This document shows, piece by piece, positions 9,129-19,313 of a stretch of DNA of 64,000 nt. Origin of the DNA: Streptosporangiales bacterium (lineage in GTDB: Bacteria > Actinomycetota > Actinomycetes > Streptosporangiales > WHST01); NCBI GenBank assembly GCA_009379955.1, contig WHST01000016.1:10591-74590 (forward strand), read 5' to 3'. The notes under the pieces were generated by a model, which worked only from the letters and a program-made list of their open reading frames with translations, did no database searches and was not told the DNA's origin. Every line of letters starts with the position of its first letter. The first letter of the stretch is position 1. A program made the translations under genes and the position numbers.

Positions 9129-10276
9129 GGCGGCCAGGGTAGCCACGCGTGCAGAGAGAAGCCGCCCGCGGTGTCGGGGCCGTGGTAGAGCCGGCCGCCC
9201 ACGAGTGCGACCCGCTCGGTCAGGCCCGCCAGGCCACGGCCCGACCCGGGTGTGACGTCCACGGTCGCGGTCGGCGCCGTGTTGTCGACCTCGACGGTCA
9301 GGCCGTCGCCTGCACCGCCGGCCACGGTGACGCGCACCTGCGCTCCCGGCGCGTGCCGTCGCGCGTTCGTCAGCCCCTCCTGCACGATCCGGTACGCGGT
9401 GCGCCCGAGCCCGTCGGGCACCGGCCCCGTGACGTCGGTACGCGACCGCACCGTCATGCCCGCCTGCCGCGACTCCTCGACCAGCGCGGCGCCGTCGGCG
9501 AACGTCGGCTGTGGCAGCTCGCCCACGGGCGCGCGGAGGATGCCGATCACCTCCCGCAGGTCCTGCAGCGCCTGGTGGGCCGTCGCGCGCAGTACGCCCG
9601 CGGTCCTGGTCACGTCCTCCGTCGACATGCTCCTGCGGTACTCCAGCGCGCCGGCGTGCACGCTCAGCAACGACAGCCGGTGCCCGAGGACGTCGTGCAT
9701 CTCCCTGGCGAGATCCTCGCGCGCCTCACGCTGCGCCCGCTCCGCGCGCAGCTCCGCCTCCGCCTCCGCGCGGCTGGCGCGTTCCCGCAGCGAGAGGATC
9801 AGCTGCCTGCGGTGCCGGACGAAGAAGCCCCACCCGACGACCCCCGCGGTGCCGACAGCGGTCAAGGCGAGCACGAACGCCGTGTTCCCGTCGTGCGGCC
9901 ACAGCGCGAGCATGAAGCCGGCCGTCCCGAGGACGCCGACGCCGCCCACGACCAGTGACGGCAGTGGCCGCCGGTGCACGGCGAGGGTGAACAGCGCGAC
10001 GAGCATGGCGCCGTCGGCGAGGATGCTGTACGTCGACAACGGCAGCAGCACCAACGCCAGCGCGAGCGGCCACCGGCGCCGGAACCACAACAGGGCGCAG
10101 CCGACGACGGTGAGGACCACCTCGACGAGCAGGGCGCCATCCGGTGTCGCCGGGTCGTCGCGCAGCACCAGAGCCCACAGCGCGCAGTACGTCAGCGCGC
10201 CGGCGAACAGGCAGCCGTCGACGACCCAGTCGCGCACACCGCGCCGTCTGGCCTCGAGACCTCCCACAGGCAGCAA
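9125..10276 (-). CDS. Sensor histidine kinase (HisKA_3 type)
   Basis: N-terminal membrane helices. H-box: MHDVLGHRLSLLSVHAGALEY. ATPase motifs: LTNARRHAPG and GSGRGLAGLTERV. The start is a TTG at 10276, so the exact start is uncertain. Confidence 0.8.
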   Translation of the reverse strand: MLPVGGLEARRRGVRDWVVDGCLFAGALTYCALWALVLRDDPATPDGALLVEVVLTVVGCALLWFRRRWPLALALVLLPLSTYSILADGAMLVALFTLAVHRRPLPSLVVGGVGVLGTAGFMLALWPHDGNTAFVLALTAVGTAGVVGWGFFVRHRRQLILSLRERASRAEAEAELRAERAQREAREDLAREMHDVLGHRLSLLSVHAGALEYRRSMSTEDVTRTAGVLRATAHQALQDLREVIGILRAPVGELPQPTFADGAALVEESRQAGMTVRSRTDVTGPVPDGLGRTAYRIVQEGLTNARRHAPGAQVRVTVAGGAGDGLTVEVDNTAPTATVDVTPGSGRGLAGLTERVALVGGRLYHGPDTAGGFSLHAWLPWPP

Positions 10277-10476
10277 CGTACCCGGACCACACGGCCCGAC
10301 CGTCAGGCTCGACCACGGCGGCGACCCAAGTACCTGACGCTCGATACCTCGGTCGCGGCGACACCGGTCACGACGCGACCATGGCCGTCGCGGGAGATCC
10401 CTCCGGCCGATACCCGCGCGACCGGCCCGCGCCTAGCGTCGTTCGAGGTACCCATCCCACGAAGGAGACGCGACCC

Positions 10477-11562
10477 ATGACGGCAGGCGGACGACCGCCC
10501 ACGACGGGACCCGACCGGTCGTCCGTGCACCGACCTGCGAGCGGCCGGCGCGTCGGGATGCTGCTGGCGCTCGGGGTGTTCCTCCTCGCGCCGATCACCG
10601 CCGAGTACCTCACCGGCTACGACAACACCGTGGGCCAGCCGCTGGAGCTGCTCGGCGGCTTGCTGATCCTCGGTCCGCTGTACGGCGCTCCCGCGCTGAT
10701 CATCCGTGAGGTAGTGCGCCGCACCGGGCGCGGCTGGCCGAGCATCCTGCTGCTCGGCCTCGCGTTCGGCGTGGTGCAAGCCGGGTTGGTCGACCAGTCC
10801 CTGTTCAACACGTCCTACCGCGACATCGACTACTGGGACGACATGATGTGGCCCACGTACATCCCGGTGCTCGGCATCAGCGCGTACAACGCGATGACCT
10901 TCCTCATGGGGCACATGGTGTCGAGCATCGGCGCACCCATCGCGGTCGTCGAGTCGCTCGCTCCACGCCGCCGCACCACACCCTGGCTCGGCCCGATCGG
11001 GCTCGGCGTCGCCGGCCTGCTGTACGTCGCGGCGTCCGTGCTCGTCTACGACGACCACGTGAAGACCGAGCAGTTCCACGCCTCCGCCGGACAGCTGGTC
11101 GGCGCCACCGCCGTGGTCGTCGGCCTGGTGGTCACCGCGTTCCTCGTCGGGCGGCGGCCGAGGCCCCGGGTCGACCGCCGGGTCCCGCCGGCATGGCTGG
11201 CCGGCGTGCTCTCCGCGGTCGCACTCAACGGCGCGGTCATGCTGGCGCCGACCTGGCTCGCCGTCGCGGTCACCCTCGTGCCGACGGCGGGGCTCGCCGT
11301 ACTCGTCGCCAGGTGGTCACGGTCGGACCGTTGGAGTCCTGGCCACGTACTCGCCCTGGCGGCCGGCGCGCTGCTCGCCCAGGCCGCGGTCGCGTTCACG
11401 GTCGATCCGCTGGGCGACGTCGCGCTGGTGCTCAAGCTCGCGCACAACGTGATCCTCGGTCTCGGGGTGGCCGGGCTGATCACGGCGGGGGCGCTCGCCC
11501 TGCGCCGGTCTCGACGGGGATCTTGTCCGGAGGCTCCGGGCCGCGACCGAGCCGACGCCTGA
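10477..11562 (+). CDS. Polytopic membrane protein of unknown function
   Basis: ORF 10144..11562 trimmed to ATG 10477 (GAAGGAG RBS 9 nt upstream). About 9-10 hydrophobic segments and no motif I recognise. It is divergent from the two-component system. Confidence 0.55.
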   Translation: MTAGGRPPTTGPDRSSVHRPASGRRVGMLLALGVFLLAPITAEYLTGYDNTVGQPLELLGGLLILGPLYGAPALIIREVVRRTGRGWPSILLLGLAFGVVQAGLVDQSLFNTSYRDIDYWDDMMWPTYIPVLGISAYNAMTFLMGHMVSSIGAPIAVVESLAPRRRTTPWLGPIGLGVAGLLYVAASVLVYDDHVKTEQFHASAGQLVGATAVVVGLVVTAFLVGRRPRPRVDRRVPPAWLAGVLSAVALNGAVMLAPTWLAVAVTLVPTAGLAVLVARWSRSDRWSPGHVLALAAGALLAQAAVAFTVDPLGDVALVLKLAHNVILGLGVAGLITAGALALRRSRRGSCPEAPGRDRADA

Positions 11563-12379
11563 CGACGCCGGCGAGCCGGACGCGGTACTCCTCGAGCGGC
11601 AGGAACGCCAGCATCATCACCAGGTGCGGCCAGAACGCGATGCCGATCGTCGCGAACACCGCGACGTGGAACAGGTACCACGCGCCGACAAGTCGGCGTC
11701 GCCACCTCTCCGGGACGAGGAAGATGACCGGCGAGGTCAGCTCGGCGAAGAACATGACGTACTGCATGACGTGCAGCGACCAGGGGATGTGCAGGAACAG
11801 CTCGCCGACCTCGGTGCCACGCCTGATCACGGCGCGGGACACGGTCGCGGAGTCGAGCCACTCCAGGCCGCCGAACCGCAGCTTCGCCCACGACGACAGG
11901 AAGTACGTGAAGATCGCGACGATCTGGACGGCGCGCAGCGCGAAGCCCGCGCCCTCGCTCCTGCGCCTGTCCGACAGGTGGGCGAGGCCGACCGTCGGGA
12001 GCAGCGCGAGGGCGAGAACGAAGTCGCCCCTGTCGTGGTCGACCTTGCCGTAGGCGAACGCCACGTACTGGTACCAGATCCAGCAGATCGCCACGGCCCA
12101 GCCGAAGAGCCGCGGGAACCTCCCGGTCATCGCCAGCAGGGCGAAGACGACCGACCCCCACTTCAGCACCTCGACGACGAGCACGCCCGCGGCGGGCAAC
12201 TGGAGGTACTCGCCGACGAGCATCGGCTTGTACCAGACCGGGTCGGCCCAGCCGTGGTAGTAGCCGGACGTGTGGAGCACCAGCACGTCGATCGGCACGA
12301 ACGCGTACACGAACAACCGCAGGATCGCGATCCTGGCGAGCGGGACGGGCGGGAAGAACCACCCACGGATCCGGCTCAC
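11480..12379 (-). CDS. HTTM-like (vitamin-K-dependent gamma-carboxylase-related) polytopic membrane protein
   Basis: ORF 11480..12799 trimmed to GTG 12379 ([34 protein letters not shown]...), which overlaps the upstream gene stop as GTGA. The family call comes from recalled domain-like features, not from a search. Confidence 0.5.
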   Translation of the reverse strand: MSRIRGWFFPPVPLARIAILRLFVYAFVPIDVLVLHTSGYYHGWADPVWYKPMLVGEYLQLPAAGVLVVEVLKWGSVVFALLAMTGRFPRLFGWAVAICWIWYQYVAFAYGKVDHDRGDFVLALALLPTVGLAHLSDRRRSEGAGFALRAVQIVAIFTYFLSSWAKLRFGGLEWLDSATVSRAVIRRGTEVGELFLHIPWSLHVMQYVMFFAELTSPVIFLVPERWRRRLVGAWYLFHVAVFATIGIAFWPHLVMMLAFLPLEEYRVRLAGVVRRRLGRGPEPPDKIPVETGAGRAPPP

Positions 12380-12945
12380 GGGCTCTCGCCGTTCCACACC
12401 GCGAGCACCGTCGTACGGAGCTGGCCGGTGGGCGCGCCGTCGACGATGACCGACGAGCGCCTGACCAGCCGGACGTCGGTCCACTCCGGCGCGTCGGGCC
12501 GGAGCCGCTCGTGGCTCTGCGCCAGCGTGCCCAGGCGGTCGGGGTCGGCGACGATCTCCGGCACCTGACCCTCGATCTCGGCCCGGTTGAGCCCCACGTC
12601 GGACGGGTTGATCGCGGCGACGGTCCACTGCCGGCTCACGGTCGTCCGCACCTCGATGGACATCACCGACACCGCGCCGGTGGGCTTGGTCGCCGTGGCG
12701 AACATCCGCCACGGACCGAACGGCCACCAGTGGTCGTCGCCGACGAGTGACCCCGCGACGAACAGGGCGGAGACCACCAGGAGCACCACCGCGCGCCACG
12801 TCCGCGAGGCACGACCCAGAGCGACCGTCTCGACGGCCGCGTCCGCTCCTGGCCGCTCCCTCATCGAGGCGATGCTACGTGAGCGCCGTACGGCGTACTC
12901 CTGCGCGCGCCCGCCTCCGCTGACACCGGCGATCGGTTGCGCCAT
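12376..12945 (-). CDS. Single-pass membrane protein, partner of the HTTM-like gene
   Basis: 189-aa ORF (an alternative ATG at 12864 would give 162 aa). One N-terminal helix ([19 protein letters not shown]) is followed by [13 protein letters not shown] and a ~120-aa soluble region. It is translationally coupled to the downstream gene. Confidence 0.5.
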   Translation of the reverse strand: MAQPIAGVSGGGRAQEYAVRRSRSIASMRERPGADAAVETVALGRASRTWRAVVLLVVSALFVAGSLVGDDHWWPFGPWRMFATATKPTGAVSVMSIEVRTTVSRQWTVAAINPSDVGLNRAEIEGQVPEIVADPDRLGTLAQSHERLRPDAPEWTDVRLVRRSSVIVDGAPTGQLRTTVLAVWNGESP

Positions 12946-13058
12946 TCCAGGCGAGCGGACCGGTCATGCCGGTCGTGGCCGCGGGCGTCCTACGGTGGGA
13001 GGGCCCCGATGCCGCCCGGCCGGGGGGGGCCGGGCGCACACGACAGGACGGTGGTCCG

Positions 13059-14276
<1,218 letters not shown>

Positions 14277-14277
14277 C

Positions 14278-16440
14278 GTGGGCACCGAGGCCATCAGGTA
14301 CGAGGTCGACGGCGACCGCGTCGTCACGCTGACCATCGACCAGCCGGGACGCTCGGCGAACACCATGGACTCGGCGTACGCCGGCGCGATGGCCACCACG
14401 GTCGACCGCCTCGAGGCCGAGCGCGACGACGTCGCCGGCGTGATCGTCACCTCGGCGAAGAAGACGTTCTTCGCGGGCGGCGACCTCGACATGCTGTACG
14501 CGGTGACACCCGACCGCGCGGCGGAGTTCGGCGCGGAGCTGGCGAGGATCAAGGGCCAGCTGCGCCGACTCGAGACGCTCGGCCGTCCGGTCGTCGCCGC
14601 GCTCAACGGCACGGCACTCGGCGGCGGGTACGAGATTGCACTGGCCTGCCACCACAGGATCTGCGTCGACAACCGGAGCGTCAGGATCGGCCTGCCCGAG
14701 GTGACCCTCGGCCTGATCCCCGGCGGCGGAGGCATCACCCGGCTCGTCCGCCTGCTCGGCCTGGAGAAGGCGTTCCCGCTGCTCACCGAGGGACGCAGGC
14801 TGCGTCCCGCCGACGCCCTCGACGCCGGCCTCGTCGACGCGCTCGTCCCCGACCGCGACACGCTGCTCGCCGAGGCGAAGGCGTGGCTGCTCGCCCACCC
14901 CGACGCACGGCAGCCCTGGGACGCCGACGGCTACCGCATGCCGGGCGGCTCGCCCGCGAGCCCCACGATGTACCAGCTGCTCGCGGCCGCTCCCGCCCTG
15001 CTGCATGCCAGGACGCGGGGCAACTTCCCCGCACCGCTGGCGATCCTGTCGGCCGCCGTCGAGGGCGCGCTCGTCGACGTCGACACCGCCCTCACGATCG
15101 AGAGCCGCTACCTCACCAAGGTCGTCACCGGCCAGGTCGCGAAGAACATGATCGGCACGTTCTGGTTCCAGCTGAACGCGATCACATCCGGGCGATCGAG
15201 GCCGGACGGCGTCGAGCCTCGGCCCACACGCCGCCTGGGGGTGCTCGGCGCCGGCATGATGGGCGCCGGCATCGCCTACGTCAGCGCGCTCGCCGGCATC
15301 GACGTCGTGCTGAAGGACGTCGACCTGGCCAGGGCCGAGACCGGCCGGGCGAAGGTCGCGGCACTCCTCGACGAACGCGTCGCCAAGGGACCCCTCGGCG
15401 CGGACGACCGTGCGGCGATCGTCGCCCGGGTCACGCCGACAGGTGACGACGCCGACCTCGCCGGTTGCGACCTCGTCATCGAGGCGGTGTTCGAGGACCG
15501 CGCACTGAAGCACCGCGTGACGGCGGCCGCCGAGAGCCGGGTCGCGAACGACGCCGTCATCGCGTCCAACACCTCCACGCTGCCGATCACCGGCCTCGCC
15601 GAGGCGGTGCCCGACCCCAAGCGCTTCGTCGGGCTGCACTTCTTCTCGCCGGTGCACAAGATGCCGCTGGTCGAGATCATCCGCGGCGAGCAGACGAGCG
15701 ACGAGACCCTCGCCCGCGCGTTCGACTACGTCCGGCAGATCGAGAAGACCCCGATCGTCGTCAACGACTCGCGCGGCTTCTTCACCTCGCGGGTGTTCGC
15801 GGCGTACGCGCTCGAGGGCATCGCCATGCTCGCCGAGGGCGTGCACCCCGCGCTGATCGAGAACGTCGCGCGACGTGCCGGCCAGCCCGTCGGCCCGCTC
15901 GCGGTCACCGACGAGGTCACGCACACGCTGATGTGGCACATCAGGGAGCAGACGCTCGCCGACCTGACCGCCGCCGGGCAGCCCGTCGAGGGCAACCACC
16001 TCGTCGACCACCCGGCCTTCGCCGTGGTCGACACGTTCGTCAACGAGCTGCGCCGCACCGGCAAGGCCGCGGGTGCCGGCTTCTACGAGTACCCGGACGA
16101 GGGACGCAAGCGCCTCTGGCCGGAGCTCGTCACCCGCTACCACCGCACCGACGCCGCCGTCCCCGAGCAGGACGTCCGCGACCGGCTGCTCTTCGCCCAG
16201 GCGATCGACACCGTGCGCTGCCTGGAGGCGGGCGTGCTCACCTCGGTCGCCGACGCCAACGTCGGCAGCATCTTCGGGCTCGGCTTCCCGGCCTGGACCG
16301 GCGGCGCGCTGCAGTTCGTGAACGCGCACGGCGTGGCGGCGTTCGTCGAGCGCGCCGACTACCTCGCCGACCGGTACGGCGACAGGTTCGCGCCACCCAC
16401 CCTGCTCAGGGAGAAGGCCGCTCGCGGCGAGACCTTCTGA
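14278..16440 (+). CDS. fadB: Bifunctional enoyl-CoA hydratase / 3-hydroxyacyl-CoA dehydrogenase
   Basis: 720 aa. N-terminal crotonase fold (FFAGGDLDML, ALNGTALGGGYEIALACH), then NAD-binding LGVLGAGMMGAGIAYV and HFFSPVHKMPLVEII. GTG start 1 nt after the fadA stop. Confidence 0.9.
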   Translation: MGTEAIRYEVDGDRVVTLTIDQPGRSANTMDSAYAGAMATTVDRLEAERDDVAGVIVTSAKKTFFAGGDLDMLYAVTPDRAAEFGAELARIKGQLRRLETLGRPVVAALNGTALGGGYEIALACHHRICVDNRSVRIGLPEVTLGLIPGGGGITRLVRLLGLEKAFPLLTEGRRLRPADALDAGLVDALVPDRDTLLAEAKAWLLAHPDARQPWDADGYRMPGGSPASPTMYQLLAAAPALLHARTRGNFPAPLAILSAAVEGALVDVDTALTIESRYLTKVVTGQVAKNMIGTFWFQLNAITSGRSRPDGVEPRPTRRLGVLGAGMMGAGIAYVSALAGIDVVLKDVDLARAETGRAKVAALLDERVAKGPLGADDRAAIVARVTPTGDDADLAGCDLVIEAVFEDRALKHRVTAAAESRVANDAVIASNTSTLPITGLAEAVPDPKRFVGLHFFSPVHKMPLVEIIRGEQTSDETLARAFDYVRQIEKTPIVVNDSRGFFTSRVFAAYALEGIAMLAEGVHPALIENVARRAGQPVGPLAVTDEVTHTLMWHIREQTLADLTAAGQPVEGNHLVDHPAFAVVDTFVNELRRTGKAAGAGFYEYPDEGRKRLWPELVTRYHRTDAAVPEQDVRDRLLFAQAIDTVRCLEAGVLTSVADANVGSIFGLGFPAWTGGALQFVNAHGVAAFVERADYLADRYGDRFAPPTLLREKAARGETF

Positions 16441-16454
16441 GTCCGCTTCCGCTG

Positions 16455-16916
16455 TCAGCGACCCTCAGCGAGGGCCGCGAGGCGGTCGAGCGAGGCCTGC
16501 AACTTGTCCGCCGTGGTCGCCCGAGCGCGCGGCATCCGATCCTCGTCGGTCAACCGGGTCCAGTCGTAGGTGTGCGTGACCCGCGTCGTCGACGCGTCGA
16601 TCGGCTCGAGCTCCCATCGCCACAAGTGCCCCGGCGGTTCCCGACCCGGCTCGGCGGGTCTCCACGCGATGCGGTGGGGCTCGTCGAACTCGACCACGTG
16701 GTTCTCGCGAACCGCGTGGTCGATCGTCAGGGTCATCGTGAAGACGTCGCCGACCGCGCGGACCCGCTGGCCGGGAGGCGCCTCCGACAGGTTCTCGTTG
16801 CCGTCCCAGCGAGGCTGGCGGGTCGGGTCGGCGATGAATTCGAAGATCCGCCCGGCCTCGGCCGAGATCTCGCGGCTGGCGCTGACGACACGGGGCTCCT
16901 CGTGATGACTGGCCAT
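16455..16916 (-). CDS. SRPBCC (polyketide cyclase/dehydrase-like) domain protein
   Basis: ORF 16455..17168 trimmed to ATG 16916 (MASHHEEPRVVSASREISAEAGRIFEFIADP...). Size (~153 aa) and pattern are typical of the SRPBCC family. Confidence 0.6.
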   Translation of the reverse strand: MASHHEEPRVVSASREISAEAGRIFEFIADPTRQPRWDGNENLSEAPPGQRVRAVGDVFTMTLTIDHAVRENHVVEFDEPHRIAWRPAEPGREPPGHLWRWELEPIDASTTRVTHTYDWTRLTDEDRMPRARATTADKLQASLDRLAALAEGR

Positions 16917-16956
16917 CGCCCCATCGAACCACACGACGCCGACCAGCGGCCCGGTG

Positions 16957-17970
16957 TCACCGACCGTCGGAGCTCTCCGCCCGCTCCCGGTACGAGCCGG
17001 GCGTGGATCCCGTCCACCGCTTGAACGCACGGTGGAACGCGCTGGCCTCGGAGAACCCGAGGCGCGCCGCGAGCTGCTCGACGGGCTCGTCGCCGCGCAC
17101 CAGTGCCGCCACCGCGGCATCGCGGAGCACGTCCTCGCGCACCGCGCGGAAGGACGTACCGTCGTCATGCAGCTTCCTGCGGACGCTCTGCTCGCTCAGT
17201 GCCAGGTCGGCCGCGACCTCGCGCAGGCTCCGCAGATGCCGCTGGCCGGGACGCTCGAGCAGGCGCCGCACCCGATCGGCGATCCTCGTGCCGTAGTCAC
17301 GGCGGGCGAGCAGGCCCGCGGGTGCGTCGCGGAGGAAGAGGCGCAGCGACTGCTCGTCCTGGAGAATGGGCATCCGCAGCAGAGCGGCGTCGAACGCCAG
17401 GCTCGTGCGCGGCGCGTCGAACCGCGGCGCGCAGCCGAAGAGCAGGTCGTACTCCGCGCTGTGCGGGGGCTCCGGGTACGCGCAGTCGGTACGCCGCAAC
17501 GGGATGCGGCGGCCGGTCGCCCAGCTGGAGAAGCGGTGCCAGATGACGAGGACCGACTCGGCGAGGAACCGGTCGGTGTCGTCCACCTGCACGTCGACGT
17601 CGACCCGTGCCTCGTCACCGTCGACGGACACGCTCATCCGCGGCGCACCGGGGAACAGCCGGTAGAAGGCGAAGCCCCGTCGCAGGGCCGAGCCGAGGTC
17701 GGCGCAGTGGATCGTCGCGTGGCACATCATCGCGAACGTCCCGCGCTTGCAGGGGATCGGTCCGAGCCCCATGAACTCGTCGTCGAGCACCTCCCACAGC
17801 GACCGGACGAGCGCGGTGAACTGCTCCGGCGTCACCCGGGCCCGCTGGTCGTCGAGCAGCGGCGTGGGGATGCCGGCGGCGCGCAGCAACGGGACGGGAT
17901 CGACCCCGGCCCGCCTCGCGCCGGCCAGTGCGGCACTGACGTACCGTCCGCCGATCGTGCGCGAGTCCAT
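16957..17970 (-). CDS. AraC-family transcriptional regulator
   Basis: ORF 16957..18051 trimmed to ATG 17970. C-terminal double HTH: LSEQSVRRKLHDDGTSF...LAARLGFSEASAFHRAFKRWTGSTPGSYR. It is divergent from the acyl-CoA dehydrogenase operon. Confidence 0.8.
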   Translation of the reverse strand: MDSRTIGGRYVSAALAGARRAGVDPVPLLRAAGIPTPLLDDQRARVTPEQFTALVRSLWEVLDDEFMGLGPIPCKRGTFAMMCHATIHCADLGSALRRGFAFYRLFPGAPRMSVSVDGDEARVDVDVQVDDTDRFLAESVLVIWHRFSSWATGRRIPLRRTDCAYPEPPHSAEYDLLFGCAPRFDAPRTSLAFDAALLRMPILQDEQSLRLFLRDAPAGLLARRDYGTRIADRVRRLLERPGQRHLRSLREVAADLALSEQSVRRKLHDDGTSFRAVREDVLRDAAVAALVRGDEPVEQLAARLGFSEASAFHRAFKRWTGSTPGSYRERAESSDGR

Positions 17971-18101
17971 ACCCCGGAAGGTATCGGTTCGGTCAGGCAG
18001 GCGAGCGGAACCGCCATTGGCCCACCGGCCCCGCGGGCGCAACCTGGCCATGATGAAGAGGGCAGTGTGCCTTGGCGTGGTCTGACGAGCCGGAGGGCAG
18101 C

Positions 18102-19250
18102 GTGTCGAACCTGCGTGAGCGTCACTTCACCGCGGAGCAGCAGGAGTACCGGCGGGCGTTCCGCGACTTCGTCGAGCACGAGATCGTGCCGCGGCAGGCC
18201 GCGTGGGAGGAAGCCGGCATCGTCGACACCGACGTGTGGCGCCTCGCGGGCAAGCACGACTTCCTGCTGCCCTGGGCCGACCCTGCGTACGGCGGTCTCG
18301 GTCTCACCGACATCAGGTACGAGCAGGTCGTCATCGAGGAGCTGTGCCGCGCCAACGAGACCGGCTTCGGTTCGCCGGTGCACTCGGCGATCGTCGCGCC
18401 GTACCTCGACACGTACGGCACCGAGGAGCAGAAGCGCCGGTTCCTGCCGGGTGCCGTCTCGGGCGAGTCGATCCTCGCGATCGCGATCACCGAGCCCGAC
18501 GCGGGCTCCGACGTCGCCGGCATGCGCACCACCGCGGTGGAGCACGACGACCACTGGGTGCTCAACGGCGCGAAGACGTTCATCTCCAACGGCATCAACG
18601 CGAACGTGTGCGTCGTCGCCGCCCGCACCGACCCCGGGCAGAGCCACGCCGTCGGACTGTTCCTCGTCGAGGCCGACACCCCGGGCTTCGGCCGCGGCCG
18701 CAAGCTCGACAAGCTCGGACTGCGCACCCAGGACACCGCGGAGCTGTTCTTCACCGACGCCCGCGTGCCGAAGGCCAACGTGCTCGGCGACCCGCGCGAG
18801 GGCTTCAAGGCGATCATGTCCATGTTCGCCCAGGAACGTCTCATCATCGCGATGGGCAGCGCCGCGGGTGCTGAGGCCGCGCTCGACATGACCCTGGCGT
18901 ACGTCCGCGAGCGGCAGGCGTTCGGCCGGTCCATCGGCAAGTTCCAGAACACCAGGTTCACCCTGGCGTCGGCGCGTACCAAGATCGACGCCGCGTACGC
19001 CCTCGTCGACCGGTGCACGCTCGCGCACGTCGAGGGGGAACTCAGCCCTCAGCAGGCGGCCGAGGCGAAGCTGTTCGCGAGCGAGACGCTCGGCGAGGTC
19101 GTCGACGACTGCGTCCAGCTGTTCGGCGGCTACGGCTACATGTGGGAGTACCCGATCACCAAGATGTACGCCGACGCCCGCATCCAGCGCGTCTACGCCG
19201 GCACGTCGGAGATCATGCGGGAGGTCATCGGCCGCTCGATGGACCTGTGA
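18102..19250 (+). CDS. Acyl-CoA dehydrogenase
   Basis: ORF 18072..19250. GTG 18102 has a GGAGGG RBS 5 nt upstream. Motifs: AITEPDAGSDVAGM, FISNG, and YAGTSEIM (catalytic Glu context). Confidence 0.85.
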   Translation: MSNLRERHFTAEQQEYRRAFRDFVEHEIVPRQAAWEEAGIVDTDVWRLAGKHDFLLPWADPAYGGLGLTDIRYEQVVIEELCRANETGFGSPVHSAIVAPYLDTYGTEEQKRRFLPGAVSGESILAIAITEPDAGSDVAGMRTTAVEHDDHWVLNGAKTFISNGINANVCVVAARTDPGQSHAVGLFLVEADTPGFGRGRKLDKLGLRTQDTAELFFTDARVPKANVLGDPREGFKAIMSMFAQERLIIAMGSAAGAEAALDMTLAYVRERQAFGRSIGKFQNTRFTLASARTKIDAAYALVDRCTLAHVEGELSPQQAAEAKLFASETLGEVVDDCVQLFGGYGYMWEYPITKMYADARIQRVYAGTSEIMREVIGRSMDL

Positions 19251-19313
19251 CCTGCGCCCCACCAGCCCTCCCGGCGTTGCGGCGTGCCGGCGAACGGTGG
19301 TGAGGTAGACGAC

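Noticed and set aside
12966-13058. N-terminal extensions implied by the ORF-track starts. Examples: 12966 for fadA, 31369 for the DUF6049-like gene, 31704 for murJ, 38590 for trxA, 42083 for the aminotransferase, 50881 for dnaA and 19729 for the ThDP enzyme.
   Set aside because: The extensions overlap upstream genes or intergenic regions and are R/P-rich. They lack an RBS. Internal starts have RBSs or ATGA/GTGA coupling and match the expected family N-termini.
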